DNA of 62,860 nucleotides, counting the filler, from Welwitschia mirabilis (taxonomy: Eukaryota), in assembly GCA_051453625.1 (NCBI GenBank). It is 11 parts of one record of this genome, joined end to end, with 100 filler letters (N's around TTAATTAATTAA, not from the genome) between each part and the next. Parts side by side here need not be neighbours in the genome. Positions count along the whole stretch, not along the records: positions 16,945 to 29,675 come from JBOZIK010000001.1; positions 29,776 to 33,537 come from JBOZIK010000001.1; positions 33,638 to 38,646 come from JBOZIK010000001.1; positions 38,747 to 43,324 come from JBOZIK010000001.1; 7 more parts are not named here. The stretch is one strand, 5' to 3'. Both the position numbers and the translations under genes were made by a program. The notes beneath the pieces were generated by a model. That model searched no databases. It saw only the letters and a program-made list of their open reading frames with translations, and was not told the origin of the DNA. Below are positions 27,810 to 41,039 of the stretch, piece by piece; within the stretch, counting starts at the first letter, position 1; every line of letters starts with the position of its first letter.

Positions 27810-29110
27810 CAATACAACACACTAATATAGATGGAAGTGATCCAAATGTCATAATTCTATTAAAGCACAGATGTGAAGAAAGACCATTGATTTGAAATGA
27901 AATACTTATGTAATCTCTAATTAGAATAATAATAATGCAAAATAACAATGCAAATAAAAATACTATGTAAATGAGATGCAAGTTTTATTCTAAATGCAAT
28001 ATCTATTAAATTATCAAATAAACCTATCATGGAGATTAACCCTATATAATCTAGATTAGTCAAAGAAAGATATCACCAAGCTAATACCAACATTAGCTAT
28101 CAAGTATGTCAAATAGAATACAAAAATAATATAAAGTTAATCTAGGAAATGAAATGCATTGCATCTAAACTAATAATTTCAACCTTAACAAAGATTTCCT
28201 TTATGATCTATATCATTATATGAAGATGTCAAAAAATCAAAAGTCATATCAACTATAAGGGTAATGCAGATAACAAATGATATAAAAAGAAAAATAGAGT
28301 TTTGATTAAGTCAAAACAACATCTACATTATAAAGTAGCACCTCAATGAAGGATACATAACTCAAAACTAAGAAAGATGTCTCTCAGGAATAATAATGAA
28401 TGGACTTCCTATTCTTTAATATCCTATCATGAGAATTTTCTATTTCAAAGAAGAATAATATGCAATCAAGAGTGGGGTAGGTGTTTATTACAAAATAGAC
28501 TTTAGAATCAGCAAACGCTAATAGATGTAGAAATAATTCTAACAGTCATGCAATAAGGTTTGAGCTAGATGGTGAATGTTTAATGAAGTTTGTTAAGAAT
28601 TACTTTTAGGTATTTCCTAATAGTTGTCCAGATGTCATAGGAGACGATGCCACATTATATAAGTTCCACATTATATATTAGATTAATCTAATAAGCATCC
28701 TCATAAACTTAAGTACTTTTATTATATACATAGTTGTCTAGACAATGAGGTGCATGATGAACTTTATTAAAGTATTTTTGGTGTCATATGTAATGAAGAT
28801 TGCATGTTTTCATAACATTTGCTTTAGCTCTCTAATATCGTTAAAACTTAGTATAAACCTATCTAATGTCCTATAAAACTACCCAAAATACCCTATCAAA
28901 TATATATATATATATATAATTTGGCAGTGCAACATAGCTCCCCACTTAGCCTTATCAGTCCTTAACAAAATAAGGCAAATAACCAAGATTGTGAGCCAAA
29001 TTGATTAATAATAAATTAACTAGGAAACTATAAAATAAACTTAGAAATAATCTTAAGAATCTTAGAATGTAGAATAAAAATGTCAAAAATAGATAACTAA
29101 ATGTTTTACC
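27810..29110 (-). mobile_element. Athila-like 3' LTR (to 28934) with PPT and adjacent internal sequence
   Basis: Terminus ggcagtgcaaca at 28934; PPT reverse complement taagtggggagcta 28935-28948. Confidence 0.82.
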
Positions 29111-29129
29111 TATGTGGTGTAAGTGGTTA

Positions 29130-31288
29130 TACTATTATCCTGTTGGTTGTTTGGATGATGGAGGAGATAATAGACTGAAAAATTGGTCTTGAAAAACAAA
29201 AGCCTATGAGAAATGTTTTAGAAAGATATACATTAAAATATATTGATATTAATATCCCTCCACTCAAAAGTATAATAGATAAAAAAATAATCATGTATAA
29301 CATTAACAATCCTCATCATGAAGTTTTAAAAAAATGATATGTACAATATATTCATAATATCTAGTAATAAGTGTATACACAATTGTGATACTTAAAATGA
29401 TATGTCTATATAAGTTATGAGTTTTTATACAATCCATGAATGGAAAGATACATAGTACAACATAAATAAATCAGAACAAGAAGGACAATGCTCAGGATCT
29501 ATAGGAAAATGGTGTTCTAATGATGTCGTGATAGTTGTTGCAGTGCGTATTTGTGCTTCTAATTCCAATATTCTAAAGATCGAATTTAACTGGCAACATC
29601 TGAAAAGCTAAATGTTTAATTGCACACAATACACATTTGTATAGTGGGATCAACCCAATTGTCGTACACTTAGAGNNNNNNNNNNNNNNNNNNNNNNNNN
29701 NNNNNNNNNNNNNNNNNNNTTAATTAATTAANNNNNNNNNNNNNNNNNNNNNNNNNNNNNNNNNNNNNNNNNNNNAAAAAAGAAATATGTAACTTTAATC
29801 TATTAAATTAAATTGCAATGCATGGAATTTAAAAGATGTTAATGCAAACTAATCTATAAAAATAAACAACGATGCACCTAATCTAATTAAGATCAATCTT
29901 AATGAAGGTTACTCTTATAATCTATATAATTAAAAAACCTGTCATGAATCTAGAACAACATAAACTATGAAGGATAAGTTCCTACAATTGTTAATAAAAA
30001 AAGTGATTCATATTAAAGATAAAAAGAGTATCTGTATCTCAAAGTANNNNNNNNNNNNNNNNNNNNNNNNNNNNNNNNNNNNNNNNNNNNNNNNNNNNNN
30101 NNNNNNNNNNNNNNNNNNNNNNNNNNNNNNNNNNNNNNNNNNNNNNNNNNNNNNNNNNNNNNNNNNNNNNNNNNNNNNNNNNNNNNNNNNNNNNNNNNNN
30201 NNNNNNNNNNNNNNNNNNNNNNNNNNNNNNNNNNNNNNNNNNNNNNNNNNNNNNNNNNNNNNNNNNNNNNNNNNNNNNNNNNNNNNNNNNNNNNNNNNNN
30301 NNNNNNNNNNNNNNNNNNNNNNNNNNNNNNNNNNNNNNNNNNNNNNNNNNNNNNNNNNNNNNNNNNNNNNNNNNNNNNNNNNNNNNNNNNNNNNNNNNNN
30401 NNNNNNNNNNNNNNNNNNNNNNNNNNNNNNNNNNNNNNNNNNNNNNNNNNNNNNNNNNNNNNNNNNNNNNNNNNNNNNNNNNNNNNNNNNNNNNNNNNNN
30501 NNNNNNNNNNNNNNNNNNNNNNNNNNNNNNNNNNNNNNNNNNNNNNNNNNNNNNNNNNNNNNNNNNNNNNNNNNNNNNNNNNNNNNNNNNNNNNNNNNNN
30601 NNNNNNNNNNNNNNNNNNNNNNNNNNNNNNNNNNNNNNNNNNNNNNNNNNNNNNNNNNNNNNNNNNNNNNNNNNATCCTCGTGAATTATCTGATAAACTG
30701 TATATTTTCGTCTTGTGTTCTTGGATTCTCAATTGTCATAGGAACTAGGAATTTATCTGTTAGTTTATTTACAAAACAACTCAAAATATCCTATCAAATA
30801 CACTTAAGTTGGCATTGCAACACTAGTAAATTCAAATGCTAATGTTACCTTTAAAGAACTAATTGCAAATAAGAAATATAAAATCCAAAACCCTTTTGAC
30901 CTATCTTCTGGTGATGATGTCAAGTTAAGAAATTTGAAAGTTTATCCAATTTTTAATAGACAAAATTATGAAGATCCTTTCCAACATTTCGATGACATCA
31001 AAAAATTAGTACTTACTTCTGGAAATGATAAAAAAATAAATTAGTAATTATACTTACATGGTTATTTTTTCCATAAAAGGAAAAGATAAGTTATGGTTAA
31101 GAACTATTCCACATAAAATTTTAAAAACATGAATGAAATTTAAAAAGCATTCATAAAGATATTTATGAGTGAAACAACCATAAGAAAAATAAAGAAAGAA
31201 GTAAAAAATTTCTAACAATAATGTAATGAAGATTATACCTTTACTTATGAATAATTTTTCATTATCATAAATTCTAATCCTATAGATG
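29130..31288 (+). pseudogene. Athila-like gag N-terminal fragment interrupted by an LTR insertion
   Basis: 30823 onward reads NANVTFKELIANKKYKIQNPFDLSSGDDVKLRNLKVYPIFNRQNYEDPFQHFDDIKKL, then KLWLRTIPHK; homologous to reverse complement of 61250-61740; left portion less certain. Confidence 0.72.
29536..30822 (-). mobile_element. LTR insertion (solo LTR or element collapsed in gaps) within gag
   Basis: Termini tgttgcagtg (29536) and ggcattgcaaca (30822); flanks ATAGT/CTAGT (4/5 TSD match). Confidence 0.75.
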
Positions 31289-32629
31289 TGTTGTGATGCT
31301 AATTTGTATGAATTTGATGGTGTATTTTGAGTACTTTTGTAGAACATTTATATAGGTATTGATGCAATAATGATGACTATGAAGATCTAATAAGACGATT
31401 AGTAAAACATCTAATCCTTAGCATTTTTGGTAGTTTCTTATTCCTATTCTAATACTGCATATTTGAAAGGAGGCTCTTATGATTTAAAAGATTGACTTAT
31501 CTTGGAGAGTAAAGAAAAGAAAGACTATTGTCCCCTTTGTCATCCTCATGACAGACAAGATGATGACATTGCTGACATGGACTAAGGTTCCAAGGCTGAC
31601 AGTAGCACATGAAGCACATGAAGACATGTGACATGGTGTTATCCCCTATGCCATCCACCTGACAAGAAGGATGATGATACCAATAACATGAACAGATAAC
31701 TAATAGGGTTGATGGCATCACATGAGGTACATGAAGGTAGGTGACACATGGTGTCATCCCCCTTATTATCCTCATGAGTCTAGATGATAACTATTTTTAC
31801 ATGTTTAGAAGAAATATCATTGTAAATAGGGTCAAATAACCTATGTGAGTTGTTAGGGTTTTTGTTTTCCATCTTTAGGGTTTTTCCTCTAATTCCTCAA
31901 GTGAAAAATTATAAATACCCTTTCCCTCCTTCATTTCTACTTCATCTTTTATACTAATACTTGTAATAGAGAATTAAAGGATAAGAGGTCCATCTAGCAC
32001 TGTAGAAAGCAGTCTCCTTAGTGTTAGGCTGAGTCTCTTCCATTAAGATGTTATTGTTCTGATTGTAAGTGGATCTATGTTCTAAATACTCTTTTTTAAA
32101 TGTTGTAAAGGTCCCTTATGGTTTAATTTGGTCATAGTTAAGTAACAATCTATGATTTATTTAGATCATAAGGATAACTTTGATTAAGGTTGAACTTAGT
32201 TAGTAGTAGTAGATTTGGATTGCCCTTTTATTTCACTTTATATTGCATATTGCATATTCTTACTTAGATAGATCTCATAGTTTATATTGGTTAAGAACTA
32301 GTGGATGATCTTCTTAATTGATATAAGTTATAAAAAAAGTATTGTTTGTGACAGAAGGGCTAGGATCTCTAAGTAGGATCCATTTCCATTTCCATTCACT
32401 ACATTTCATATTCATTCAATTTTTCATTTCATTTACTTGTTTATTTATTTTTATTTTTTATAAGACAAAAAGACTAAAAATACTTTGAAAAATCAATTCT
32501 CTAACTTTAAGCCTAGTGCCTTCATTGGATTATGACATTTGGATGAACTCTCGTCTATACTAGCATGTGTTTTTTACAAGTTATTTAAACATAAAGGACT
32601 TTAAGATTGCATAAATTCATATTATAACA
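31289..32629 (+). mobile_element. Complete Athila-like 5' LTR (~1.34 kb), element C
   Basis: tgttgtgatgct...catattataaca; TATA-like tataaata ~31910; followed by a PBS. Confidence 0.9.
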
Positions 32630-32632
32630 TTT

Positions 32633-32650
32633 TGGCACCATTGTCAAGGA
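32633..32650 (+). promoter_or_regulatory. Primer-binding site, tRNA-Asp type
   Basis: TGGCACCATTGTCAAGGA vs Athila PBS TGGCGCCGTTGCCGGGGA; differences are all transitions; 3 nt after the LTR end. Confidence 0.82.
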
Positions 32651-33537
32651 CAAGGGACTAAGAAGATTGTCACTAACTAGAGAAGTATTTTGAATACTCT
32701 ATTTAAGTTATTTATTTAAATTAGTAATATATCTTTTATCTTAGATTAAAGTAGGTTTATTTTTACAACTTTATTTTCTGTAATTTTTCTTAGGGAACCT
32801 GTCATTTTCTTTGTCATCCCAATGACATAGGACATGATAGTTTAATATTTTGCAATTAGTTTATGTTTTTTGAGATTTTTCTCTATTTTTCTTTATTATA
32901 AACTGTCATTTTATATGTCATCCCATGACTATAAGGATGACAATCCTAAAAATTTTTTGCATTTTTGACATTTTTTTCTTTCAAATAAATTAATTGTCAT
33001 TCTTCCTGTCATCTCATGACAGTCTAGACGATAGTCTATGAGAATTTCTATAGTTTCAAGTTTTTATTTACTATGATCATCATCCTTCTTATCATCCCCA
33101 CAATAATACAGAATATAATCTGCTGTTTTTAATTTTACCTTTTTGTTAGTTATTTGAGCATGCAGGAATATGTCAAATTCTGGCATAAAGACAAAATATC
33201 AGAGAGAACCAAACCTGATTGAAGAAAACATTAGAGAAGGATTATTCAACTTTGAGATAAATCTATGTACACACATCTTAGGTATGAAAATTTCTAAAAT
33301 GAAGAAGAATATTTTTCTATTTTTATTATTTCAGAATCATATTTTGCAAAAGAGAGTTGTAGTGTAGAAATCAATCATCTTGTTTCTTCAAATATGTTAA
33401 ATGTATAGAAAGCATCATAAAAGTAAAAGTAGGTTCCTTCATCTCATGCCCCAATTGTAATAAGAACTTGTTCATTGAATTTAAATGTTACTCTTAGGTA
33501 TTTAATTACTAATAGGAAATGTGAAATTCAAAATCCT
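32651..33537 (+). mobile_element. 5' leader and gag start of element C
   Basis: Palindrome-rich leader to ~33120, then decayed gag start homologous to reverse complement of 61640-61950. Confidence 0.7.
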
Positions 33538-33637
33538 NNNNNNNNNNNNNNNNNNNNNNNNNNNNNNNNNNNNNNNNNNNNTTAATTAATTAANNNNNNN
33601 NNNNNNNNNNNNNNNNNNNNNNNNNNNNNNNNNNNNN

Positions 33638-34173
33638 GGAAATTTTAGACTCTTATAACCTTCCTTCTACATCACCTACTAAGGCCTCTACTAAGAATAA
33701 TTTAAAGGAAAATAAAGGAAAGAAACAATCCATCCCTTGACTTGATAGATTAAATACAAATCCTACAACACCTAAAAGCCTTAATGCAAGAAGTTAACAT
33801 GAACCTCCTCTTTTACAAACTATTGTAAGAAAAACCCAAATATTCTAAGTTATAAAAAGATTTAGTAAGAAGGAAGAAAAGACATATCATTCTTAGTAAT
33901 GTTTTTCTTGTCCAATATCTTTTCAACTTAGTCATGAAAAAATGGCCCAAATTCAAATACCCTGAGGCTGCAACTGTAAGTATTACTTTAGAAGGAAAAA
34001 TATAATTTCAAATACTTTGATTGATATAAGAGTAAGAGTAAACATCATGCCTCTTCACATATGTAAAAGACTTAGGTTAGAAAGTAGAGTTAGACCTACA
34101 TCTATCATCTTGAAATTAGCTGATACCTCAATCAAAAGACCATTAGGAATTATCAAAGACCTAGTTATCCAAA
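33638..34173 (+). pseudogene. Athila-like gag end / protease fragment
   Basis: LIDIRVRVNIMPLHICKRL..LKLADTSIKRPLGIIKDL (ORF 34017). Confidence 0.88.
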
Positions 34174-34273
34174 NNNNNNNNNNNNNNNNNNNNNNNNNNN
34201 NNNNNNNNNNNNNNNNNNNNNNNNNNNNNNNNNNNNNNNNNNNNNNNNNNNNNNNNNNNNNNNNNNNNNNNNN

Positions 34274-37200
34274 TAGGGATTTAATTGCAATTATAAAGAG
34301 TTAAATTTAAATTTTTTTTATTTATTTCCTGAAAATGATGTAGACTTAAGAAATCTAAGTGGTTATCTAAATTTTTTGGGGGGATCAAAGGAAGAACAGT
34401 TTCAAGATTAAGCTGACATTGAATAACTTATGCTTATCTTGGGAAATGAAAAGAAATGTATTAGTGACCATACTTATATGATTATTTTTTTAGTCATACT
34501 TGGAGGAAGACCAAAAGTTTGGCTTAAAACTATCCCACATAAAAGTCTTAAATCTTGGAATCAAGTATAAGAAGTATTTATTAAAACATCTTTGAGCGAA
34601 GTTCCATAAGGAAGAGAAGAAAAAAAGTAACTAACTTTTCACAACAAACTCATGAGGATTATGCAACAACTCATGAACATTTTATAATCGCTAACCATTC
34701 TAACCCTATTGATGAATTTCATAAAGAAGATCTAGTAAATTATTTTTATAGTGGATTGAATGCTTTAACAAAACAACTAGTATATTTTTCTTGTGAAGGA
34801 AACTTATTGAATTTAGGCCTAGAGGATGCATGGAGTATGCTATAAAATTTGGTATAAATAAATCAAACTTGGCCTAAAACCAGTAAAGAAAATTGCACTA
34901 TGGGACAAATTCTAAAATATTTAAAAGAAGTAAAACATGACAAGGAAGAATAAAGGGAGGACTCAATCAACCTAATGAAAGATTTTACTAATACTTTAAA
35001 GAACTATACATAGATGATAGTTGATGAAAAGGTGGTAAATAATGAAATCTCAACTTAAAATTGTGAAATTTATGAAGATGACTCTCATTCAACAAAATAA
35101 TTCCCTTTTTTACCTACTTGTAAGGAAAAGATATTTGAGGAAGTATGTGCATTTAATCAAATAGCACCTAAATTTGAAAACCAGCCACAATTCCAACAAA
35201 GATTAGATGGGCAATCTCAATGGAAACCATTTGAAAGTAGATTTAAGAATTCCAACTTTCAACGTAATTTTCAATAAAATCAAAACAATCCACTTAGAGA
35301 ATTCATATACGAAATGAGAAAAGAATAGGAGAAAACTAATAGCAACATTGAGAACCTACTAAATGTGCTTCCACAAAGAATGCTTACCAACCAAAGACCA
35401 CAAGGGTCTCTTGCATTTCAACCAATACCCAACCCAAATGAAGTTAGAAGAGATTTGAAAATAGTGAAAAGAAGTGAAAAGAATACAAAACGTCCTACCC
35501 ATGAGGTTTCAACTTCTAAAAACAATGAAATAAATGAGGAAATAATATATAAATTTTAGATTCATATGACCTTCCATAAACATCACCTACTAAAGCTCCC
35601 ATTAAAAATACTTCATAAGAGAACAAAGGAAAGAAACCATCCACTCCTTGGCTTGATATATTGAATATGAATTCTATCTTTGATGAACACCTGAAAGCTT
35701 TGATATAAAAGTTAACATCAACCTACCCTTTCAGAAACGCTTGTAAGAAAATCCTAAATATTCTATATTATAAAAATATTTAGTAAGAAGAAAGCAAAAC
35801 TATATTAATCCTAGTAAAGTTTTTCTTGCTCAATCTCTTTCCAACTTAGTTATGCAAAAATGTCCTAAATTCAAAGACCTTGGGGCTACAACTATAAGTA
35901 TTACCTTAGAAGGAAATAAAAGAATTCTAAAATCTTTGATTGATATAGGATCAAGTGTAGACATCATACCTTTTCACATATATAAAAGACTCAAGTTAGA
36001 AAGCAAAGTTAAACCTACATCTATCATCTTGAAATTAGCTGATACCTCAATCAAAAGACCATTAGGAATTATCAAAGACCTATTTATCCAAATTGAGGTG
36101 GCTTTTTATCCCATTAATGTTTTCATAATTAAGCTAGAACATGTTAGAGGATATTCACTACTTTTAGAAAGAACTGCATATTGTATCATTGACACATGAT
36201 CTAGCATGATGAAATGCCATTTTGATAATAAATATATTACCATTAGAATCTTTATTTTTACAACATTGACCCATAAAAGAGAGATTGATCATGCTAAATA
36301 AACCAACTTTATATGATAACCCCATTAAAACAAACTATTTTAAGTCTGAGGATGAAAAACACAAAGAATAGGAAGAAGCTCAACATATTTAATTAATAAA
36401 AAACTTTTTGAATAGTGTCATTCCATGTCTGTCATCCACACAATAGACAGACGATAGACTAGGATATCATCCATGAGCTTAAAAAATTACCTAAAGATCT
36501 AAAATACATTTTTCTTTCTAAAAATAAAATGAAACCCTTAATAATCATTGACCTTCTCACTTCTCAACAAGAATCTGATTTGAACTCACTCTTAAAATCA
36601 AAGGAAAATACTTTTCTTGGATAGATAAAGACTTTGATGCCATTCCTTTTCTATCATCCAACATAAAATCTATCTTGAAGATAGTTCCAAACCTATTAGG
36701 TAACCCTAAAGAAGACTAAATGTTGCCCTTAAATAAATCATCAAAGATGAAATCATTAAACTTCTGGATGCTAGAATTATTTATGCCATAGCTGATAGTG
36801 AGTGGGTTAGTCCTTTAATAGTAGTTCTAAATAAAGGAGGGAAATGGAGAATGTTCATCAAATCTAGAAAACTTAATGAGATTACTAAAAAATATNNNNN
36901 NNNNNNNNNNNNNNNNNNNNNNNNNNNNNNNNNNNNNNNNNNNNNNNNNNNNNNNNNNNNNNNNNNNNNNNNNNNNNNNNNNNNNNNNNNNNNNNNNNNN
37001 NNNNNNNNNNNNNNNNNNNNNNNNNNNNNNNNNNNNNNNNNNNNNNNNNNNNNNNNNNNNNNNNNNNNNNNNNNNNNNNNNNNNNNNNNNNNNNNNNNNN
37101 NNNNNNNNNNNNNNNNNNNNNNNNNNNNNNNNNNNNNNNNNNNNNNNNNNNNNNNNNNNNNNNNNNNNNNNNNNNNNNNNNNNNNNNNNNNNNNNNNNNN

Positions 37201-38455
37201 NNNNNNNNNNNNNNNNNNNNNNNNNNNNNNNNNNNNNNNNNNNNNNNNNNNNNNNNNNNNNNNNNNNNNNNNNNNNNNNNNNNNNNNNNNNNNNNNNNNN
37301 NNNNNNNNNNNNNNNNNNNNNNNNNNNNNNNNNNNNNNNNNNNNNNNNNNNNNNNNNNNNNNNNNNNNNNNNNNNNNNNNNNNNNNNNNNNNNNNNNNNN
37401 NNNNNNNNNNNNNNNNNNNNNNNNNNNNNNNNNNNNNNNNNNNNNNNNNNNNNNNNNNNNNNNNNNNNNNNNNNNNNNNNNNNNNNNNNNNNNNNNNNNN
37501 NNNNNNNNNNNNNNNNNNNNNNNNNNNNNNNNNNNNNNNNNNNNNNNNNNNNNNNNNNNNNNNNNNNNNNNNNNNNNNNNNNNNNNNNNNNNNNNNNNNN
37601 NNNNNNNNNNNNNNNNNNNNNNNNNNNNNNNNNNNNNNNNNNNNNNNNNNNNNNNNNNNNNNNNNNNNNNNNNNNNNNNNNNNNNNNNNNNNNNNNNNNN
37701 NNNNNNNNNNNNNNNNNNNNNNNNNNNNNNNNNNNNNNNNNNNNNNNNNNNNNNNNNNNNNNNNNNNNNNNNNNNNNNNNNNNNNNNNNNNNNNNNNNNN
37801 NNNNNNNNNNNNNNNNNNNNNNNNNNNNNNNCATTTTCCTTTGGAATCTTTGCTTTTAAATGAATGTCATTTGGACTTTGCAATGCACCTAAAACCTTTT
37901 AGTGAGCCATGATGAGAATCTTTTCTGATATGATATAAGACTATATTAAAATCTTTGTGGATGACTTTTTCATTTTTTATGATACTTTTGAATAAACTAC
38001 AATGAGATTAGAAAAAGTCCTAAATCAGTGTATTGAGAGTGGTATATGTTTGAGTTGGAAAAAGAGTTTTCTTCTTGTCCAATATGGAATTGTTCTAGGT
38101 CATCACATTTTAAAACAAGGGATTAGGATGAACCACCCAAAAGTAGATATTATTAAAAACCTTAATCCTCTAATAAATGTTAAACAAGTTATATCTTTCC
38201 TAGGACATGCTATTTTTATTGATGTTTCGTCCATGACTATGCTAAAACTTGCAAACCTCTTTATTCCTTACTTGAAAAAGATGTTAAATTTGAGTGGACT
38301 AATTCATTCCAACTTGCTTTTGAAACTCTTAAGGAAAACATCTGTTTTAAACTTATTGTCAAATGTCCTGATTGAAATAAAGACTTTGAACTTATGTGTG
38401 AGATAAGTAACATTGCTGTAGGAGAGGTTTTTATCCAAAAATATGAAAATAGTTT
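34274..38455 (+). pseudogene. Degenerate Athila-like gag-PR-RT-RNaseH(start)
   Basis: gag KVWLKTIPHK..SWNQV; PR KCPKFKDLG..LIDIGSSVDII..LADTSIKRPLG; RT IIYAIADSEWVSPLIVV..KWRM, IFVDDF, SWKKSFLLVQYGIVLGH; interrupted by the LTR at 38456. Confidence 0.92.
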
Positions 38456-39063
38456 TGTTGCGATGCCAATTTATAGGAATTTAATGGTGCATTTAGAGTA
38501 CTTTTGCAGGACATTTATACAAGTTTAGATACAATTTTGCTAAGTATGAAGAGACGATAAGATAATCATGAAAACATATAATTCTTGATATAATTGAAGT
38601 TATTTCAGACATGTTTTAATACTTAGCATATTGAAGGAGAACTAAGNNNNNNNNNNNNNNNNNNNNNNNNNNNNNNNNNNNNNNNNNNNNTTAATTAATT
38701 AANNNNNNNNNNNNNNNNNNNNNNNNNNNNNNNNNNNNNNNNNNNNTGAATTATAGGAAGGATACTCTTTGTAATAGAAAGGCTAGAAGCTAGTCTTTGT
38801 GACAAAAGGATTAGGAACCAAGTGAATCCATTTCATTTCCACTTCCATTCACTTGCATTTCATTTCTATTTAAGCATTGCATTTACTTGTGTTAGTTCCT
38901 TTTAGTTTTTATAAAGATAAAAAGAACTAAAAATACCTTAGAAAAATCAGTTCTCTAATTTTAAGCCTAGTGCCTTCATTGAATTATAACATTTGGATGA
39001 ACTCTTATGAATTTAATAGTTTACTTAAAGGATTTCTAGATTGCATAAATTCATACTATAACA
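38456..39063 (+). mobile_element. Athila-like LTR pieces (5' start and 3' end, separated by a joiner) inserted in RNaseH
   Basis: tgttgcgatgccaa at 38456; catactataaca at 39063. Confidence 0.8.
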
Positions 39064-39066
39064 TTT

Positions 39067-39084
39067 TGATGCCATTGCTGGGGA
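39067..39084 (+). promoter_or_regulatory. Primer-binding site, tRNA-Asp type
   Basis: TGATGCCATTGCTGGGGA, 3 nt after the LTR end; followed by leader to 39471. Confidence 0.82.
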
Positions 39085-39574
39085 AGGCCATAAGAAGCTA
39101 ATAGGATTGTCATTAACCAGATAAGCACCTTGAATCTTTTTCTTTAAGTAATTTATTTGAATTAATACTATATTTTTAGTGTAATTTAAGGTATATTTAT
39201 TTTTGCAAAATTTTGTTTTCTATAACTTTTTAGGGACTCTGTCGTTCTCTCTATCGTCTAGACAATAGAGGAAATGACATTTTTAAAATTTTGAATTTAC
39301 TTTTTATTTTTTACAATTTTTATTTTGCTCATAATTTAGTAATAAAAGTACTATCATCCTATCTATCATTCAACAATAGTAGGAATGATAATCTTAGTTT
39401 TAATAATCTTTATTTCTGTAGTTTTTAAAGTTCTAAAGTTTTTAGAGTTCATTTTTTTATATGATAATCATNNNNNNNNNNNNNNNNNNNNNNNNNNNNN
39501 NNNNNNNNNNNNNNNNNNNNNNNNNNNNNNNNNNNNNNNNNNNNNNNNNNNNNNNNNNNNNNNNNNNNNNNTGT

Positions 39575-39648
39575 CTCTCCCCTCCTCCTCCCCCCCCCCC
39601 CCCCCCTCCCCTCCCCCGCCCCCCCCGAACCCTTTCTTCCCTCCCCCT
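39575..39648. repeat. C-rich low-complexity tract
   Basis: poly-C/CCT run beside an N gap. Confidence 0.85.
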
Positions 39649-40020
39649 TAGATTTGAAAATGATACACTATTATCTCTTCTTGTTTCTTTAATTTTTATA
39701 ACACCCATTCTTTTTTTGTTAGTTTTTCTCTACATAATATTGTAAAGGATCTTTTTTCATTCTTATCTCAGATTATTAGCTAACAATGACAGGATGTTTT
39801 TATTTAAATTTTCACTCTCAATTTTCATTAATAAGAATGATAGCTATGTGGTTAACATCTAACCAGTCTATAAAAGTATTGTATTATATACAATTTTTAG
39901 GTTTATAATCATATTGATTGCAATGTTTGCATTAATCATTTTCTTCCTTAGTTAAAGCTATAATATATTCTAATTTATTATTTAATTGGTTAAAAATTTT
40001 ATTTGTGTTTACTTCTTTAA

Positions 40021-41018
40021 TGTCATGGAGCAGATGGTAGCAGAGTGTTGTCCCTTTAGTCATCCAGATGATATTCAGGAGGACAGCATCGATAACATGC
40101 ACACATAACCCATGGGGCTGATAGTATCACATGGGCACACAATCCAATAGGACAAGATGGTGTTGTCCCAACTGTCATTCCCATGACAGAAGGAATAATA
40201 ATTGTTTTTATATATTCATAATAAATATTGTTGTAAATGGGGTTAAGCAACCCATGTGGGCTACTAGGATTTTATTCACTAATATCTAGGGTTACGGTTC
40301 ATTGTAAAATTATAAATACCCTTCCCCCCTTCACTTTCAAACCATATTTTATATTTGATATGCTTGTGATGGAAGTTTGAAGGCAAGAGGTCCATCTAGT
40401 AGCTGTAAAAAGGGGTTTCTTTGGTGTTAGGTTGTGTCTCTTCCATTGAGATGCTGTTATTCTGTTGTAAGTGGATGTAAAGTTCTTTCCATTAATATAA
40501 ATACTCTTTTCATTTTAATTCTGTAAATGTCCTTTATGGTTTAAATTGGTCATAGTTAAATGACATTTCTATAATTTATTTATATCATGAGGGAAACCTT
40601 TGTTAAGGTTGACCTTAGTTAGTAGTAGATATGCATTGTATTTCCATTTCATTTCATATTGCATATTACATATTCTACTTGGTAGATCTCATAATTTATG
40701 TTGGTTAAGAATTAGTGGATACTCTTTTTAATTGATATAAAATATAGGAAGGATTATCTTTATGACAGAAAGGCTAGAAGCTANNNNNNNNNNCATCTTG
40801 CATTATATTTACTTTATTGTTTACTTTCAGTTAGTGAAAGATAAAATACTCAAAAACTACCTTTGAAAATCAATTCTCTAACTCTGAGCCTAGTGTCTTT
40901 ATTGGGATTATGACATTTAGGTAAATTCCTGTCTATACTAGCATGTGTTTTTCAACAAGTTATTTGATTATAGGTTTACCTAAAGGACTTCAGAGTTACA
41001 TAAATATGCACCGCAACA
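40021..41018 (+). mobile_element. 5'-truncated 5' LTR of non-autonomous element D
   Basis: Collinear with 46770-47244 and 31600-32629; ends gcaccgcaaca. Confidence 0.85.
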
Positions 41019-41021
41019 TTT

Positions 41022-41039
41022 TGACGTGGTTGATGGGAA
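41022..41039 (+). promoter_or_regulatory. Degenerate tRNA-Asp-type PBS
   Basis: TGACGTGGTTGATGGGAA at the same position as the other PBS copies. Confidence 0.65.

Noticed and set aside
31520..33110. Spaced palindromic repeats resembling a CRISPR array or MITEs
   Set aside because: Repeats are degenerate, spacers are homologous between LTR copies, there are no cas genes or TSDs, and the context is eukaryotic LTR sequence
10528..37912. Long ORF calls made mostly of X
   Set aside because: Read-through across N gaps
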